Shown here piece by piece: positions 20,683 through 33,160 of a stretch of DNA of 44,326 nt. Made by a program: the position numbers and the translations under genes. Numbering within the stretch: the first letter of the stretch is position 1; every line of letters starts with the position of its first letter. The notes beneath the pieces are model-generated. The model was not told the DNA's origin, made no database searches, and saw nothing but the letters and a program-made list of their open reading frames with translations. The stretch spans positions 1-44,326 of the forward strand of contig NW_021824681.1 in the NCBI RefSeq assembly GCF_006345805.1. The letters are read 5' to 3'. This stretch comes from Octopus sinensis (lineage: Eukaryota).

Positions 20683-20930
20683 ATGCATATATGGGTACAG
20701 GACATCATCAAAAAAACGTTGAACACAATGAAAATGAAACATAAAAACAAAAACATATAAACGAATTTTTTCAAACAACAAAAAAAAAAACCAGAGAAAG
20801 GAGACATACAACAAAGAATATTCCCTTCTTTAGTTGTCCCTGTTTCATTTACTCTGTGTTTCAAAGGTAAGGACAAGATGCGACTTCGTTGAAACACCCT
20901 TCCCACAAAGCAAATAATAAATATATATAT
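20683..20930 (-). mobile_element. possible Penelope-like terminal fragment
   Basis: Reverse complement aligns loosely with 22190-22430 (ACGAAGTC..CCTTTGAAA..GTCCTGTAC); flanked by TA-rich microsatellite. Confidence 0.45.
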
Positions 20931-21073
20931 TCATACATGTAAGATAGAGACAGACAGACACACACACACGCACACATCTTATATACATAGGATAAAATAT
21001 CCTGAAATAATGGATATTTCACACCTGTAGTTATTTCATTGTACTCTTTTTCTTGCTTTTTCCAAATATGCGT

Positions 21074-21116
<43 letters not shown>

Positions 21117-21945
21117 TCATACCCCTATACATACATACACACACACACACAAATATTTATATCTCTCTTTTTTCTTTCTTTCTATTCATCTGTTTTCTCT
21201 CCTCATCCCTTTTCATAGAAGAGCATAAGTTTGAAACATCAAAGACTTCTTCCATTTTCCCTCAATGTCAAACTAATGTTTGTTGTTCCCCTCACCTGTC
21301 TCTGTCTTTTGGTCTTTTTGTTTCTGTACAATTTTGAATACACACTGACACACAAACACACACACACACACACACACAAGCATACCTCAGCATATGCCAC
21401 TATCCCTGAGAACTTTTACAACTTTATATTGTTTGGTTTTGTTTTTTTAATTGGAAAAAAATAACCCTCAACTTCAGTTGATTTATTTGACTTTACATTG
21501 GTCTCTTGGTGAAGATTTAAAAGTTAAAAAAAAAACAACAACAACAACAAAAGAACACCCAAAGACAAAAGCTGAAGTGGAAAAATATAAAATACATGTG
21601 AAAATATGTTCAAATCATTTATTAAAAGCTAATATACTTTAAAAAAAAAAATGTTTTTTCATGTTACGATTTTCAGCTTAAGTCACGTCTTGGAACCAAT
21701 TACCAATATAATGTTGAGGTGTGTGTGTGTATGTATGTATGTACGTATGCATGCAAGGTATTATATATTATCTGGCTGTGCATCTGTTTGCTGCATACAC
21801 ACAAAGAAATATATATGTATATATATATTGCTGCTTCTGGAGAGAATCATACAGTCTTAATATCTAACACACTCACCAGACAACAAAATTTGCTTTAGCA
21901 TACGGATTCACGTAAAGAATCTTGCAAACCAGATACAAAAACGAA

Positions 21946-21985
<40 letters not shown>

Positions 21986-22059
21986 CATACACACATTACA
22001 CACACATATGTATATATATATATGCATATAAATATTATATATATATATACACACATATA

Positions 22060-22430
22060 TACATATTCTTGTATTTTATTGTGCCGTTTTATCGTTATGT
22101 CCTGTTTGTATTACATTTTTTTCATACATTTTTTTCGTGCTTGTTTTACCCCTCTGCGAGGTAATTTTATTTTAATTCTCTCGCAGGAAGGCCTAGTATT
22201 GACGAGTCGTGTCCTGTCTTGCCTTCGAAATACGCTTAAGTCTACTAGCGACAGCTGATGATTGGGGATTTTTCCTTGTGTAGCATGTTCTGTACTCTGT
22301 TGTAAAATAATGTTTTTCCCGTTTTCGTTCTCGTCCCAGTTCCACGTCTCTGTTTTCTGTTTGTGTAAAAATTGGCTTTTTCCGTTTTCGTTTCTGTTGA
22401 GTTCTACGTCTATTTGTGGGTCCTGTACTT
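22060..22430 (+). mobile_element. possible Penelope-like terminal fragment, related to 20683-20930
   Basis: GACGAGTC..CCTTCGAAA..GACAGCTGATGA..GTCCTGTAC; embedded in (TA)n. Confidence 0.45.
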
Positions 22431-22554
22431 ACGTATATTTATTTATATATGCCATCTATATATACATGTAGATGTGGTACGTACATATATGTTGTATGTA
22501 TGCATATATTTTATTTATTACACTATATTATATATATCGATTTATATATATATA

Positions 22555-22614
22555 CCGTCCAACCCATGCTAGCATGGAAAACGGACGCTAACGAAACGAC
22601 GATGATGATGATGA
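22555..22614 (+). mobile_element. family C, extreme 3' end
   Basis: CCGTCCAACCCATGCTAGCATGGAAAACGGACG..(GAT)n. Confidence 0.8.
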
Positions 22615-22622
22615 TATATATA

Positions 22623-22655
<33 letters not shown>

Positions 22656-23290
22656 TCTCCTTTTTATTTCAGTCATAGCATAAGAGTTATTCTAGAGTGT
22701 TGCCTTTAAGGATTTAATTGGCCTCAGCAACTATAGAGTTTATTTCGGTCTGATTCTTATTTTTATCTGTCTATATTCATTTGTGGAGTGGCTAAGTTAA
22801 CTTTTGCTTGATGCGACACTGCTGATGAAAACAGGTAGAACACACACACATATACATGCACTATCTTATTATATATGAAGAATCTAGACAATTTATTAAA
22901 AAAAAAAAAAAAAATAACATTCAATCAACACAAGTTGTGACCTGAATATTACACATCTGCAACATGAATCCCTTTACAACATACTTCTGACAGACTGCTT
23001 CACATACACGGCTTACTGAGCTCAATTAAATAAACCCCTCTATCAAACCAGAAAAACTGTCTAAACTTTCCTTTCCTGTTCATCTCCTCCTAACAAACAT
23101 ATCCTTTCCTCTTGTCCTTCTCCATTCTCTGTTTCTATACAACCAGTTCTCCTTTCTGCTTACAAACTTACTTATATCACACCTAATTTTCATTTACATT
23201 GCTCTACCCACCCATGTGGTTAGGAAGCAAGTTACATATCACACTGCCACTCCTGATTTATATAACTGTTCATAAAAACAAACAAACGCG

Positions 23291-23328
<38 letters not shown>

Positions 23329-24266
23329 AATAATATAATATGAAGATGGAAAATAGCAGATCACATTTGTTTCTTCACTGGACACCAGCTTTAGATTGCC
23401 ATGTTTACATTTACACCTTATCCCTTACCCTTCTCTCACTTACGAACCAAAAAAAAAAAAAAGAAAGAAAGAAAAAAATAAACTGATTTTCGGATGCTGG
23501 GCAGCTGTGTGTGTGATAACTATGGCAGAATCTGGCAACGCAGGTCTCCCTCAGATCCAGGCATCCACTGCCTGCCACTGTCTTTCACTCAGTCACTTTC
23601 AAGCATCAGTTGTGTTTGAATGGAAATAGTGGTGGAAAATATAAATCCAACATATGACCAGATTGACTTAGTTGGAATGGAACTCAGTTGTAAGTCGAGG
23701 AGATGGTGTATATATCATTATCTAAGATTATCCTTTAGAATTACTATAGAATTATTTTTCACTATAACATGCACACGTTTTCATATATATATATATATAT
23801 ACTTTACAGATATAGGGTGAAAGATAATTAATTTAATCAAATCAACAAATTTCACCTAGTAGTATTTCGGTATGGAAAAGGACCATATTCAGTAAAAACT
23901 TATATAATTATAACAATAAGGGTTTTGCAACAAGTTGCTTCACCACAACCCGAAAATTTTAGAAATAGCAGCCAAAGGACTAATATTTCTTTTTTCTACA
24001 AAAATATGTCTCCATAGACAACAATATTTGTAACTCATATATGGCAAAAAGAAAAGAAGAAAAATAATTCCTGCATGTCTGTGTATATATATATATAGCT
24101 TTAATTCTGGTTATCTGGTAGTTAAAAACATCATTGCATTTGTAAAACTAATCAAACATTTTCCTTGCTAAAGAACAAGTGTTGCTAACAGCAAATGTTG
24201 AAAACTGAAAGCATAATATTGAAGCAACAACAGATATGGAATGAATTGGAATATAATTGTAATTAC

Positions 24267-24818
24267 CTTGGGAAATTCAGCCTCTGAAGATGGGGAATCA
24301 CTGTTATCAGCTTGCCTATGCATATCAACAGCAAAATCCCCTTGTAAGTCCTTACTTTTGGTCTTTTGAGACAACCAGTTGTCTGTGCCACCATTTAGTG
24401 GCTCTTGTTTGAGTCGCTTCTTAAGAGCAAACATTTGCCTGATTGTAGTGGATCCTGCACTGTTCCTATTATCATACACAGACTTTATCTGACTCAGTTT
24501 TATCAACGGTAACTTGGAATCTACTATACAACGTTTGTGCCTGTTCCGAACCAGGCCTGTATTTAAATCTGAAGAATTAAAGCTATCATAATGAGATTGG
24601 AATGAGATTTGGTAGTTTTCGTCGTTGTCAAAATCAACAGGCTCTTGCTTAATTGCAGTACTGGAAGTAACAACAGTTGTCACTGTTGCACCAATATTTT
24701 TGGTGATGTTTTCTACGCACGAAGGGTTTGGTTCAACATCGTCCACACTATTCTCTTGAGTTTGGCTACTGGTAGGTGACAATACTGGCGACGACCCTTC
24801 AGTCATCTTTTTAGAACT
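24267..24818 (-). CDS. 552 nt coding exon of an unidentified host gene; Ser/Thr-rich, probably disordered nuclear protein region
   Basis: Acceptor GTTTTGTTTTCATTTCAG (AG at 24820-24819) and donor AAG|GTAATT (GT at 24266-24265). 184 open codons, phase 0/0, non-repetitive. In-frame AAGATG at 24806; IKQE and LKQE SUMO-consensus motifs. Confidence 0.8.
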
Positions 24819-25004
24819 CTGAAATGAAAACAAAACTGCAATGTTATACTTTATAAATAATAAAAAAAAAAAAGCATTTCAATTATTTTCATACTACAAT
24901 ATAAGAGAAGAAAAATGGCAAAAAATATTAAAAAAAAACAACAACCTAAAATAAATAAATAAAATCATCAATACAATTATATCTGTTTCTTTAGTACCCA
25001 CAAA

Positions 25005-26043
25005 CATATGGCAGGTGTTAGCATAACAAAAACAGCCTAAATGTTTGGTGTATCAAAAAGTACTGTCTTGAAAGTAATGACAGCTTTGAGAAAGATGGAA
25101 AAACCTCTGCATCGAAACAAAACTCTGGAAGAAAACCCAAACATTTCAAACAAAGAGTGTTGGATTCTTACATGAATTATAAAAAAGGATCACAAAAGTA
25201 CAGCTCTCAAAATTACTGCAGAGCTTAATGACAACCTCAAGAACCCAGTTTCCACAAAAACTGTTCGCCGGGAGCTGCAGAAAGCCGCATTTCATGGAAG
25301 GGCTGCAATCTGAAAACCCACTACTTTCAAAAACAAATGTTGCAAAGCATTTACAGTGGAGTAAAAACCTACAGAATTGGTCCCTAGAGCATTGGAAGAA
25401 CGTTATTTTCTTAGACGAGTCATCCTTTACCTTATTTCTGACCACTGGCTGAGTATACGTATGGAGACAGCCAAAAGAAGCATTTGATCCAGACCACCTT
25501 CTTCCAACTGCTAAACATGGAGGAGGATCTGTGATGATCTGGGGAGTTATATGTTGGAAATATGCAAGCCCAATGGTTTCCCTTTATGGCAGAATTAATA
25601 GTCAAGACTATTTAAGCATTTTATCTGATCAAATTTATCCTATGGTTGTGGAACTGTTTCCTGAGAGAAACACAATTTTTCAGGATGATAATGCACCAAT
25701 TCACATGGCTAAAGTTGTTACTGAATGGCACCAGGAACATTCGAGTGAAGTTGAACATCTTATCTGGCCACCACAGTCCCCAGATCTCAATATTATTGAA
25801 CATTTATGGTGCATTTAGAAAAAACAAGTAAGGAGTCGATATCCTCCCTCATCATCACTACTACAAGAACTAGAGACTGTTTTTAGCTGAAGAATGGACA
25901 AAAATTCCTTGGAAACAATTCAAACTTTGTATGAGTCCATACCTTGTAGAATTCAAACTAATTACTGCCAAAGGCGGTCGTACCCCATATAAAATAAATT
26001 TATATTAAATTTTAAGGCGTTTCCATTATTTGTCCAACCCCTG
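25005..26043 (+). mobile_element. decayed Tc1-family (DD34E) transposon
   Basis: MFGVSKSTV HTH, WKNVIFLDES, SVMIWG, IFQDDNAPIH and WPPQSPDLNIIEHLW motifs; stops and frameshifts; right end TTTGTCCAACCCCTG-TA. Confidence 0.92.
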
Positions 26044-26086
26044 TATATATATAATATTATATATATATATATATATTCACTCTGCC

Positions 26087-26238
26087 GGGGTGGTTGGTGT
26101 TTGGAAGGGCATCCAGCTGTAAAAACCCTACCAAAACAGACACAGTAGTCTAGTGCAAGCTTCTACCTGGCCAGCTCCTGTCAAACTGTTCAATCTATGC
26201 CAGCACATGGAAGGCAGCTGTTAAATGAGGATGATGAT
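26087..26238 (+). mobile_element. family C, 3' end
   Basis: GGTGGTTGGTGTTTGGAAGGGCATCCAGCTGTAAAA..GTTAAATGAGGATGATGAT. Confidence 0.75.
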
Positions 26239-26265
26239 TATTTTATATAATATATATATATATGT

Positions 26266-26303
<38 letters not shown>

Positions 26304-26968
26304 TGAGAGAGAGAAAGAGAAAGATACACACACACGCACACATACATACACGGCACAAGATGTTTTATCAGGTTGTCAACCAGTTCTTCCACTCTGCTGC
26401 CTTTTATGTTCACAGCATAATTAGTCAGTAGAATATATTCCACTTAACCCATGAAATGGAATGGAACTTACCGAAAATTAAAAAGAAATAAACAATCAAT
26501 ATAACCAATACACACACACACGCACACACACAAAATGGAAACTGAAGCTTTAGGTACTCAGTCAATAATAGCATCGTTTTATCTGAAATAGCTTTCCCCT
26601 CACCCGCACCAACTTCACGACCCTTCGCATATCTATTTTGGGTAACAAGATTTCCATCATGTAACTTTTATCAAAATAATCAACTCTCATCAATAGATAA
26701 ACCACAGTGGGAATGGAAAAGCAAGCCATGTAATTTACTCAGCCGCCTCTTCATTTTCGTATATGTTTTTTTTTTTATATTTTTGTTTCTTCCCCCCCCC
26801 CAACACACACACCTCTCCTTCATTGTACAGAATAAAACACCAATTCTCTTGAGGACAATTTCTAACACTCATGTTGCAAAAGGTTTATGATGGACACCAT
26901 TCAAAGAAGAAGGGGGTAAAAAAAAATCCTTTATCGCTTTTCAGCAACTAGCACATACAATATGTATA

Positions 26969-27147
26969 TTTCTTTACTGCCCACAAGGGGCTAAACATAG
27001 AGGGGACAAACTAGGAAAGACAAAGGGATTAAGTCAATTACATCAACCCCAGTGCGAAACTAGTACTTTATTTATCGACCCCGAAAAGAATGAAAGGCAA
27101 AGTCGACTTCAGCGGAATTTGAACTCAGACCGTAACAACAGACGATA
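26969..27147 (-). mobile_element. SINE family B, 5'-truncated
   Basis: TTCTTTACTGCCCACAAGGGGCTAAAC..GGAATTTGAACTCAG. Confidence 0.85.
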
Positions 27148-27264
27148 TAGGTCTTCAACTGCTTACCTACCATGAAGCACATGTCGGCCAGTTGACTAAA
27201 TCAGCGATAGTTTTCTTTATCACAAATATTTTCCAAGAAACACATATGCACACACACAACACAC

Positions 27265-27612
27265 AATCATCGTCATCATCAGACGTCTACTTTCCATGAT
27301 TCCATGGGCCAAAGAGAGTTTATTGAAGCAAATTTTCTACGGTTGGATGCCTTTCCTGCCACCAACCATCTTCTGTTTCCAAGCAAAGTAATATTTTACC
27401 ATGGCCAGACACCTTCTCAGACTTTTGGGAATGAGTGGCACTGCTAGTGTCACTGTGACACTCATTTTGCAACTATCACATGATGTCAACTCAAAGAAGC
27501 CCAAACACGCACACACACACACACACACACATGATGGATTCCTTTCAGTTTCCATCAATGAGATCCACACACAAGTCTTTGGTTGGGCAACAAGCTACTT
27601 ACCACACAGTCA
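27265..27612 (-). mobile_element. SINE family D (A-type head with C-type tail), degenerate
   Basis: Colinear with the reverse complement of 35803-36256. Confidence 0.65.
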
Positions 27613-27673
27613 TGTCCATGTCTCCACACAGCCAAAGAAAACAAAACAAGAAAAAACAAATTTTTAGCAGCAC

Positions 27674-28095
27674 TCTTCTCTTTTTCCTTTTACTGTTTCA
27701 GTCATTTTGACTGCGGCCATGCTGGAGCACCGCTTTAGTCGAGCAACTCGACCCCGGGACTTTCTTTTTGTAAGCCCAGTACTTATTCTATCGGTCTCTT
27801 TTTGCCGAACGCTAAGTGAGGGGGACCGTAAACACACCAGCATCGGTTGTCAAGCAATGCTACGGGAACAAACACTGACACACAAACACACACACATACA
27901 TGTATATATATATATATTTATATATATATACGACAGGCTTCTTTCAGTTTCCGTCTACCAAATCCACTCACAAGGCATTGGTCGGCCCGGGGCTATAGCT
28001 GAAGACACCTGCCCAAGATGCCACGCAGTGGGACTGAACCGGAACCATGTGGTTGGTTAGCAAGCTACTTACCACACAGCCACTCCTGCGCCTAT
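27674..28095 (-). mobile_element. SINE family A, full length
   Basis: Complete homology to the reverse complement of 14810-15220. Confidence 0.92.
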
Positions 28096-28786
28096 TTTAT
28101 TTTGATGCTTTTTTTTTTGGTCTTTATCAAAGCTTTTCCAATCATAGCCATTCCATTTTGTTTCTCCAGACATTATATTTTAGATTATATTATTCAATAT
28201 GTCCTTCCTATTTCAAGCTGCTAGGGTACAAACCGAAGGGGATTTGGTTATTATTTCCAGTAGGTAATATGACTTTGAGGAAACTCCCTTATAGTTTCAT
28301 GTACGGGATAACTGCTCTTGTTGCTTATACCAAAAGTCAGCCCTGGTTGCGCAAACTGATTTATGACCAAAGGTAATCCACCCATTGCCATCCCACCTTT
28401 TGGCTTTAGACATTCTTAACAGGTCTATTTTGCTGCTTTCAGAAGAAGACAAGATGTGAATCAAGAGAGATTTGGTTGTTATTACTAATATGTCAAGTAA
28501 TCATGTATAGTTACTCTTGTTGGTTTGGTTAGTCTTCAGAAAGACTTAATTGGTTGCTAACAAGTTGTTGTAGAACATGCATGAACACATAAACAAATGC
28601 ATATGTACTAACACACACACACACACATACACACACACACACACACAAATTCATACTGACCTTGAAGTTAATTGCTTCATTAAGAACAAAACTTAATGGC
28701 TTATTAACGATCCCATACTATTAGTAGAGTAAGAAAGCAAACTAGCCAGAGAATACAAAACCTTAATGATTTCAATCATTGCATCA

Positions 28787-28904
28787 CGTCACACCTTGTA
28801 GTAATTCAATGTCACATCTGATTGTCGCAGTATCGTGTCACATGGTGTCATAACTGACTATTGCAGGCTCGTGTCACATCTATCTATGGTAGCATTATGT
28901 CACA
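28787..28904. repeat. degenerate periodic TGTCACA cluster
   Basis: TGTCA(C/T)A at 28810, 28836, 28846, 28872 and 28898. Confidence 0.7.
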
Positions 28905-28929
28905 TTAGGTATGGGGGTATTCCAAAAAT

Positions 28930-29149
28930 AAAGACGGGGAGCTGGCAGAAACATTAGTACACCGGACGAAATGTGTAGCCGTATTTCGTCTGCCGTTACA
29001 TTCTGAGTTCAAATTCCGCCGAGGTCGACTTTGCCTTTCATCCTTCTGGGGTCGATAAATTAAGTACCAGTTACACACTGGGGTCAATGTATACGACTTA
29101 ATCCGTTTGTCCCCTCTGTGTTTAGCCCCTTGTGGGTAGTAAAGAAATA
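28930..29149 (+). mobile_element. SINE family B with 14 bp TSD
   Basis: TSD GGTATTCCAAAAAT at 28916-28929 and 29150-29163. Confidence 0.93.
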
Positions 29150-29201
29150 GGTATTCCAAAAATGTCTCCTGGAGTGACAACTGTGTTCTGCATAATTACC
29201 T

Positions 29202-29431
29202 ATTTCTTTACTACCCACAAGGAGCTAAACACAGAGGGGACAAACAAAGACAGACAAACGGATTAAGTCGATTACATCGATCCCAGTGTGTAACTGGTAC
29301 TTAATTTATCGACCCTGAAAGGATGAAAGGCAAAGTCGACCTCGGCAGAATTTGAACTCAACGTAACGGCTGACGAAACAACACTAAGCATTTCACCTGG
29401 TGTGCTAACATTTCTGCCAGCTCGCCGCCTT
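29202..29431 (-). mobile_element. SINE family B, full length
   Basis: Inverted relative to 28930-29149, about 50 bp away. Confidence 0.92.
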
Positions 29432-29524
29432 CCACATCTAGCAATACCATAACATACCTAGTGGTTCTATGTCACATACAGCAATACCACATCATTAGCA
29501 GTACTGCATTATATCTAACAGTAC

Positions 29525-29737
29525 AAGGCAGCGAACTGGCAGAATCATTAGTATGCCGGACGAAATGCTTAGCAGTATTTTGCCCATTGGTACATTCTGA
29601 GTTCAAACTCCGCCAAGGTCAACTTCATCTTTCGTCTTTTCGGGGTTGATAAATAAGTACCAGATATACACTGGGGGTCGATATAATTGACTCATCTCCT
29701 CCTCCGAAACTGCTGCCCTTGTGGAAAAATTTGAAAC
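29525..29737 (+). mobile_element. SINE family B, alternative tail, with 18 bp TSD
   Basis: CATTATATCTAACA(G/A)TAC at 29507-29524 and 29738-29755. Confidence 0.85.
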
Positions 29738-29834
29738 CATTATATCTAACAATACTGCTTGTCGTGATATAAAACTGCTAGCAAAAATATTGCAAGTCAC
29801 TTCCGGCTAAATTGTCACTCATCAAACAATACCT

Positions 29835-29898
29835 ATTTCTTTACTACCCACATACTGCCGAGCATTTCACCTGGCGTGCTAACGTTTCTGCCAGCTCG
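29835..29898 (-). mobile_element. internally deleted mini-SINE B with 17 bp TSD
   Basis: Head joined directly to tail; flanks CTCATC(A/T)AACAATACCT at 29818-29834 and 29899-29915. Confidence 0.8.
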
Positions 29899-30589
29899 CT
29901 CATCTAACAATACCTTAATATATCTCATCATCCCCATAAAATCCCAAGACATTACTGTCTCAAGCCCTTAGGGCTCACGGAGCTAGGTTACTTGATTTCT
30001 ATGGCACATGAATGACCAAGACCACAACATTCCGTCTCATTGGTATGCTGCCACATCTAGTGATACCATATTACTTCCCAGGTGTACTATTATTGTATAA
30101 CATTTAGGTTTTCCATGTCATATCTCTTTAGAGAGGAGATATAACAGAAACTGAATGGTTAATAAATATAAATATCAAAAAAAAAAAAAAAGACATGATG
30201 GACAACAAACGACAAAGTTTTATGCCTGAAGTGAGATGAAAGCACACTTGCATCCATTTTTTGTTTTTTTCACATCACTTAACAAATGCAAAAAAAAAAA
30301 AAAAGAAAGAAAAATGGTAAATTTTGTAGCTTTGTTATTTTTCTTCCTTGCACTGCATATACAGTTGTTACTATACTGTAACCATCATCATCATTTTAAC
30401 ATCTTCTCTTCCATGTTTGCATGAAATTCAGAGGTAGGCAGATTTTTCTATTGCTTGATGTGATTCCCATTTTCTCAGACATTTAGAAAAGAAGGATGCT
30501 GCTTCTGTGACAGTAATACTTATTTTCTGACTATCACATGACTGCAAGACAAGGAGATAGAAACACACACACACACACACAAAGACATA

Positions 30590-30722
30590 TATGTAATTGG
30601 CTTTTTCCAGTTTCTGTCTACCAAATTCATTGAAAGGACTTTGGTCAGTTCGGAGCTAAATATATATATACACGTTAGAAGACACTTGCCCAAGGTATTA
30701 CACAGAAAGGCTGAACCTGAAG
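30590..30722 (-). mobile_element. SINE family A, head fragment
   Basis: CAGTTTCTGTCTACCAAATTC..GAAGACACTTGCCCAAGG. Confidence 0.65.
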
Positions 30723-30972
30723 AATTATGAGAATTCAAGTCATTGAGGACGATGATTTCAGAGAGGAGTGAAGCAACACAGACATCTACAATGCAGTTAA
30801 AAACATAGATGAAAAGTTCTTGGTGGTTGGCTGGCTAGCAAATTGGAGCCAGAGAAATTGGAAGCTTCTAGTTCTTCCAAATCTTTGGCATTCATATTTC
30901 ACACATCTCATTCCATACACCACTTCAACATATCACACATGTCTCTACATTCTAGCACAAGATATTATATAT

Positions 30973-31200
30973 ATTTCTTTACTACCCACAAGGGACGAAA
31001 CACAGAGGGGACAAACAAGGACAGACAAACGGATTAAGTTGATTACATCAACCCCAGTGCATAACTGGTAATTAATTAATCGACCCCGAGAGGATGAAAG
31101 GCAAAGTTGACTTTGGCGGAATTTGAACTCGGAACGTAATGACAGATGAAACATGGCTATGCATTTCGCCCTGTGTGCTAACGTTTCTGCCAGCTCGCCA
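30973..31200 (-). mobile_element. SINE family B, full length
   Basis: ATTTCTTTACTACCCACAAG..CTGCCAGCTCGCCA. Confidence 0.9.
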
Positions 31201-31408
31201 GGCAGGGCTGTGTGGTGTTATATATATATATAAGTATAAATAAGTATAAAAATGTACATTGTCCATTTAATTAAAAAAATTCTATATGTGGCTGAAGATT
31301 GCTGATGTAATACTTACAGTGTTTAATAAAATGAAGTAGCATGAAACGATTACACTATACTACCTTGGATATCCTTGTTGCTTATTTTGATTATAATCAC
31401 CCCATTTG

Positions 31409-31454
<46 letters not shown>

Positions 31455-31499
31455 TTATAGGCTTCTTTCAGTTTTTGTCTAACAGTCATGAAGTTCCTA

Positions 31500-31549
<50 letters not shown>

Positions 31550-31566
31550 ATATATGCATATACATA

Positions 31567-31783
31567 CATGAAGGGTGCTGAAAAGTCTCTGGCTTTGGGT
31601 AAAAGAAAATACAGGGTGATCAGTCAATTATGATTTTATTCAACATATTCCCCTCTCAGAGTCACACACTTATTGTAGCAGTTCTTCAGTTTTACTAAGC
31701 CCTGTAAAAACTGCAGAAAGTTGAATCTCCAGACAGGCCTTTCAGGATATCCAACAAGCCAGAAACTTTTCAGCACCCCCTCA
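31567..31783. mobile_element. mariner-type MITE
   Basis: About 30 bp TIRs ATGAAGGGTGCTGAAAAGTCTCTGGCTT / AAGCCAGAAACTTTTCAGCACCCCCTCAT, TA-flanked. Confidence 0.8.
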
Positions 31784-32621
31784 TATATATGTGTATGTGT
31801 GTGTACCCCACCACAGTTTTACAACTGCCGTTGGTTTGTTTACATCTCCAAAAGTTAGCAGGCGAAAGAGAGAGAATGATAAAATAAAGTATCAAAGTAA
31901 AGAAAAATGAGTACTGGCATGTTTGATCAACTAACATGCAGAAGATAACAATAAAGATAAAAGATACTGGGTGCCTTGTGTTTAAGGAGAAACAAATTCT
32001 GAGATAAAAAGGTGACTTTTTCTTTTTTTTTTTCTGTTTTTTTAAATACCAAGTTTAAGGTGTGAGGAAAGGATATAAAGTAGGAGTGAGACATTTGAAG
32101 ATATCTTTAATGAAGGAGAAATCATGTCTGCTGATTTTGCTTTGGTGCCAAATTACTTATTCAAAGGTCAAGGGTTCTAAAAGTTTCCTTCTCTCTCTCT
32201 CTCTCTCTGTAAAAACCACTTGAAAATCAGATACCACTTTTCCACTTCATGCCTGACTGATTAGTGTAGTGAAAAAAAAAAAAAGAAAAGAAAAAAAAAT
32301 AAGGGAGAGGAATGAATCATCATTAGTTCCATCCTTGGGTTGGTCAGGTGGTATTTGATATCAACACTTTCAGTTACCATATTTCTGCGGAAATACTCTG
32401 TGTTTATTTCAATTAATAATATTCTATCTTTTATTTGTTTCAGTCATTACATTGTGGCCATACTGGTGCTTACTTTTTTTTTCTCTCTTAACCCTGGTAC
32501 TTAATCTATCAGTTTCTGTTGCCAACCTGCTAAGTTATGGGGGACATAAACAAACAAGCACCAGTTGTCAAGTGGTGGTGGTGGTGGTGGTGGTAGGACA
32601 AACACAGACACACAAACACAA

Positions 32622-33160
32622 CATCATCATCATCGTTTAACATCTGCTTTCCATGCTAGCATGGGTTGGTGAACCAGATGGCTGCACCAGGCTCCAATCT
32701 TGATCTGGCAGAGTTTCAACAGCTGGATGCCCTTCCTAACGCCAACCACTCCAAGAGTGTAGTGGGTGCTTTTACGTGCTGCTAGCACGGGGCCAGTCAG
32801 CTGGGACTGGCAACGACCTAGCTCGAATCTTTTACACATGCCACCGGCACAGGTGCCAGTAAGGTGATGCTGGTAACGATCACGCTCGAATGGTGTCTTT
32901 CACGTGCCACCGGCATGGAGGCCAGATAGCTGCTCTGGCAACGATCACGCTTGGCTGGTGCTCTTAATACTCTACTAGCACGGGGCTCGAGTGCCAGTAA
33001 GGTGACGATGGTAACAATCACACTCGAATGGTGCCTTTTAAGTGCCACTGGCACTGAAGCCGGTTAGCCACTCTGTCAATGATCAGACTCGTATGGTGCT
33101 CTTTGAACCCTGCTAGCACGGACGCCAGTCATCGAGTTTGATTTTGATTTCACTTGCCTC
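32622..33160 (-). mobile_element. family C retroposon with about 6 internal units
   Basis: Unit-by-unit colinear with 8630-9181. Confidence 0.9.

Noticed and set aside
22190-22275. Hammerhead formed by GAAA (about 22230) and CTGATGA (about 22256)
   Set aside because: Stems I and III cannot be paired convincingly in a permuted topology.
23480-23700. Plus-strand exon ending at GTAAGT (23690)
   Set aside because: All three frames from the nearest acceptor contain stops; the short ATG-started peptide is unrecognisable.
25005-26043. Active or domesticated Tc1 transposase
   Set aside because: Multiple in-frame stops and frameshifts; left TIR not found.
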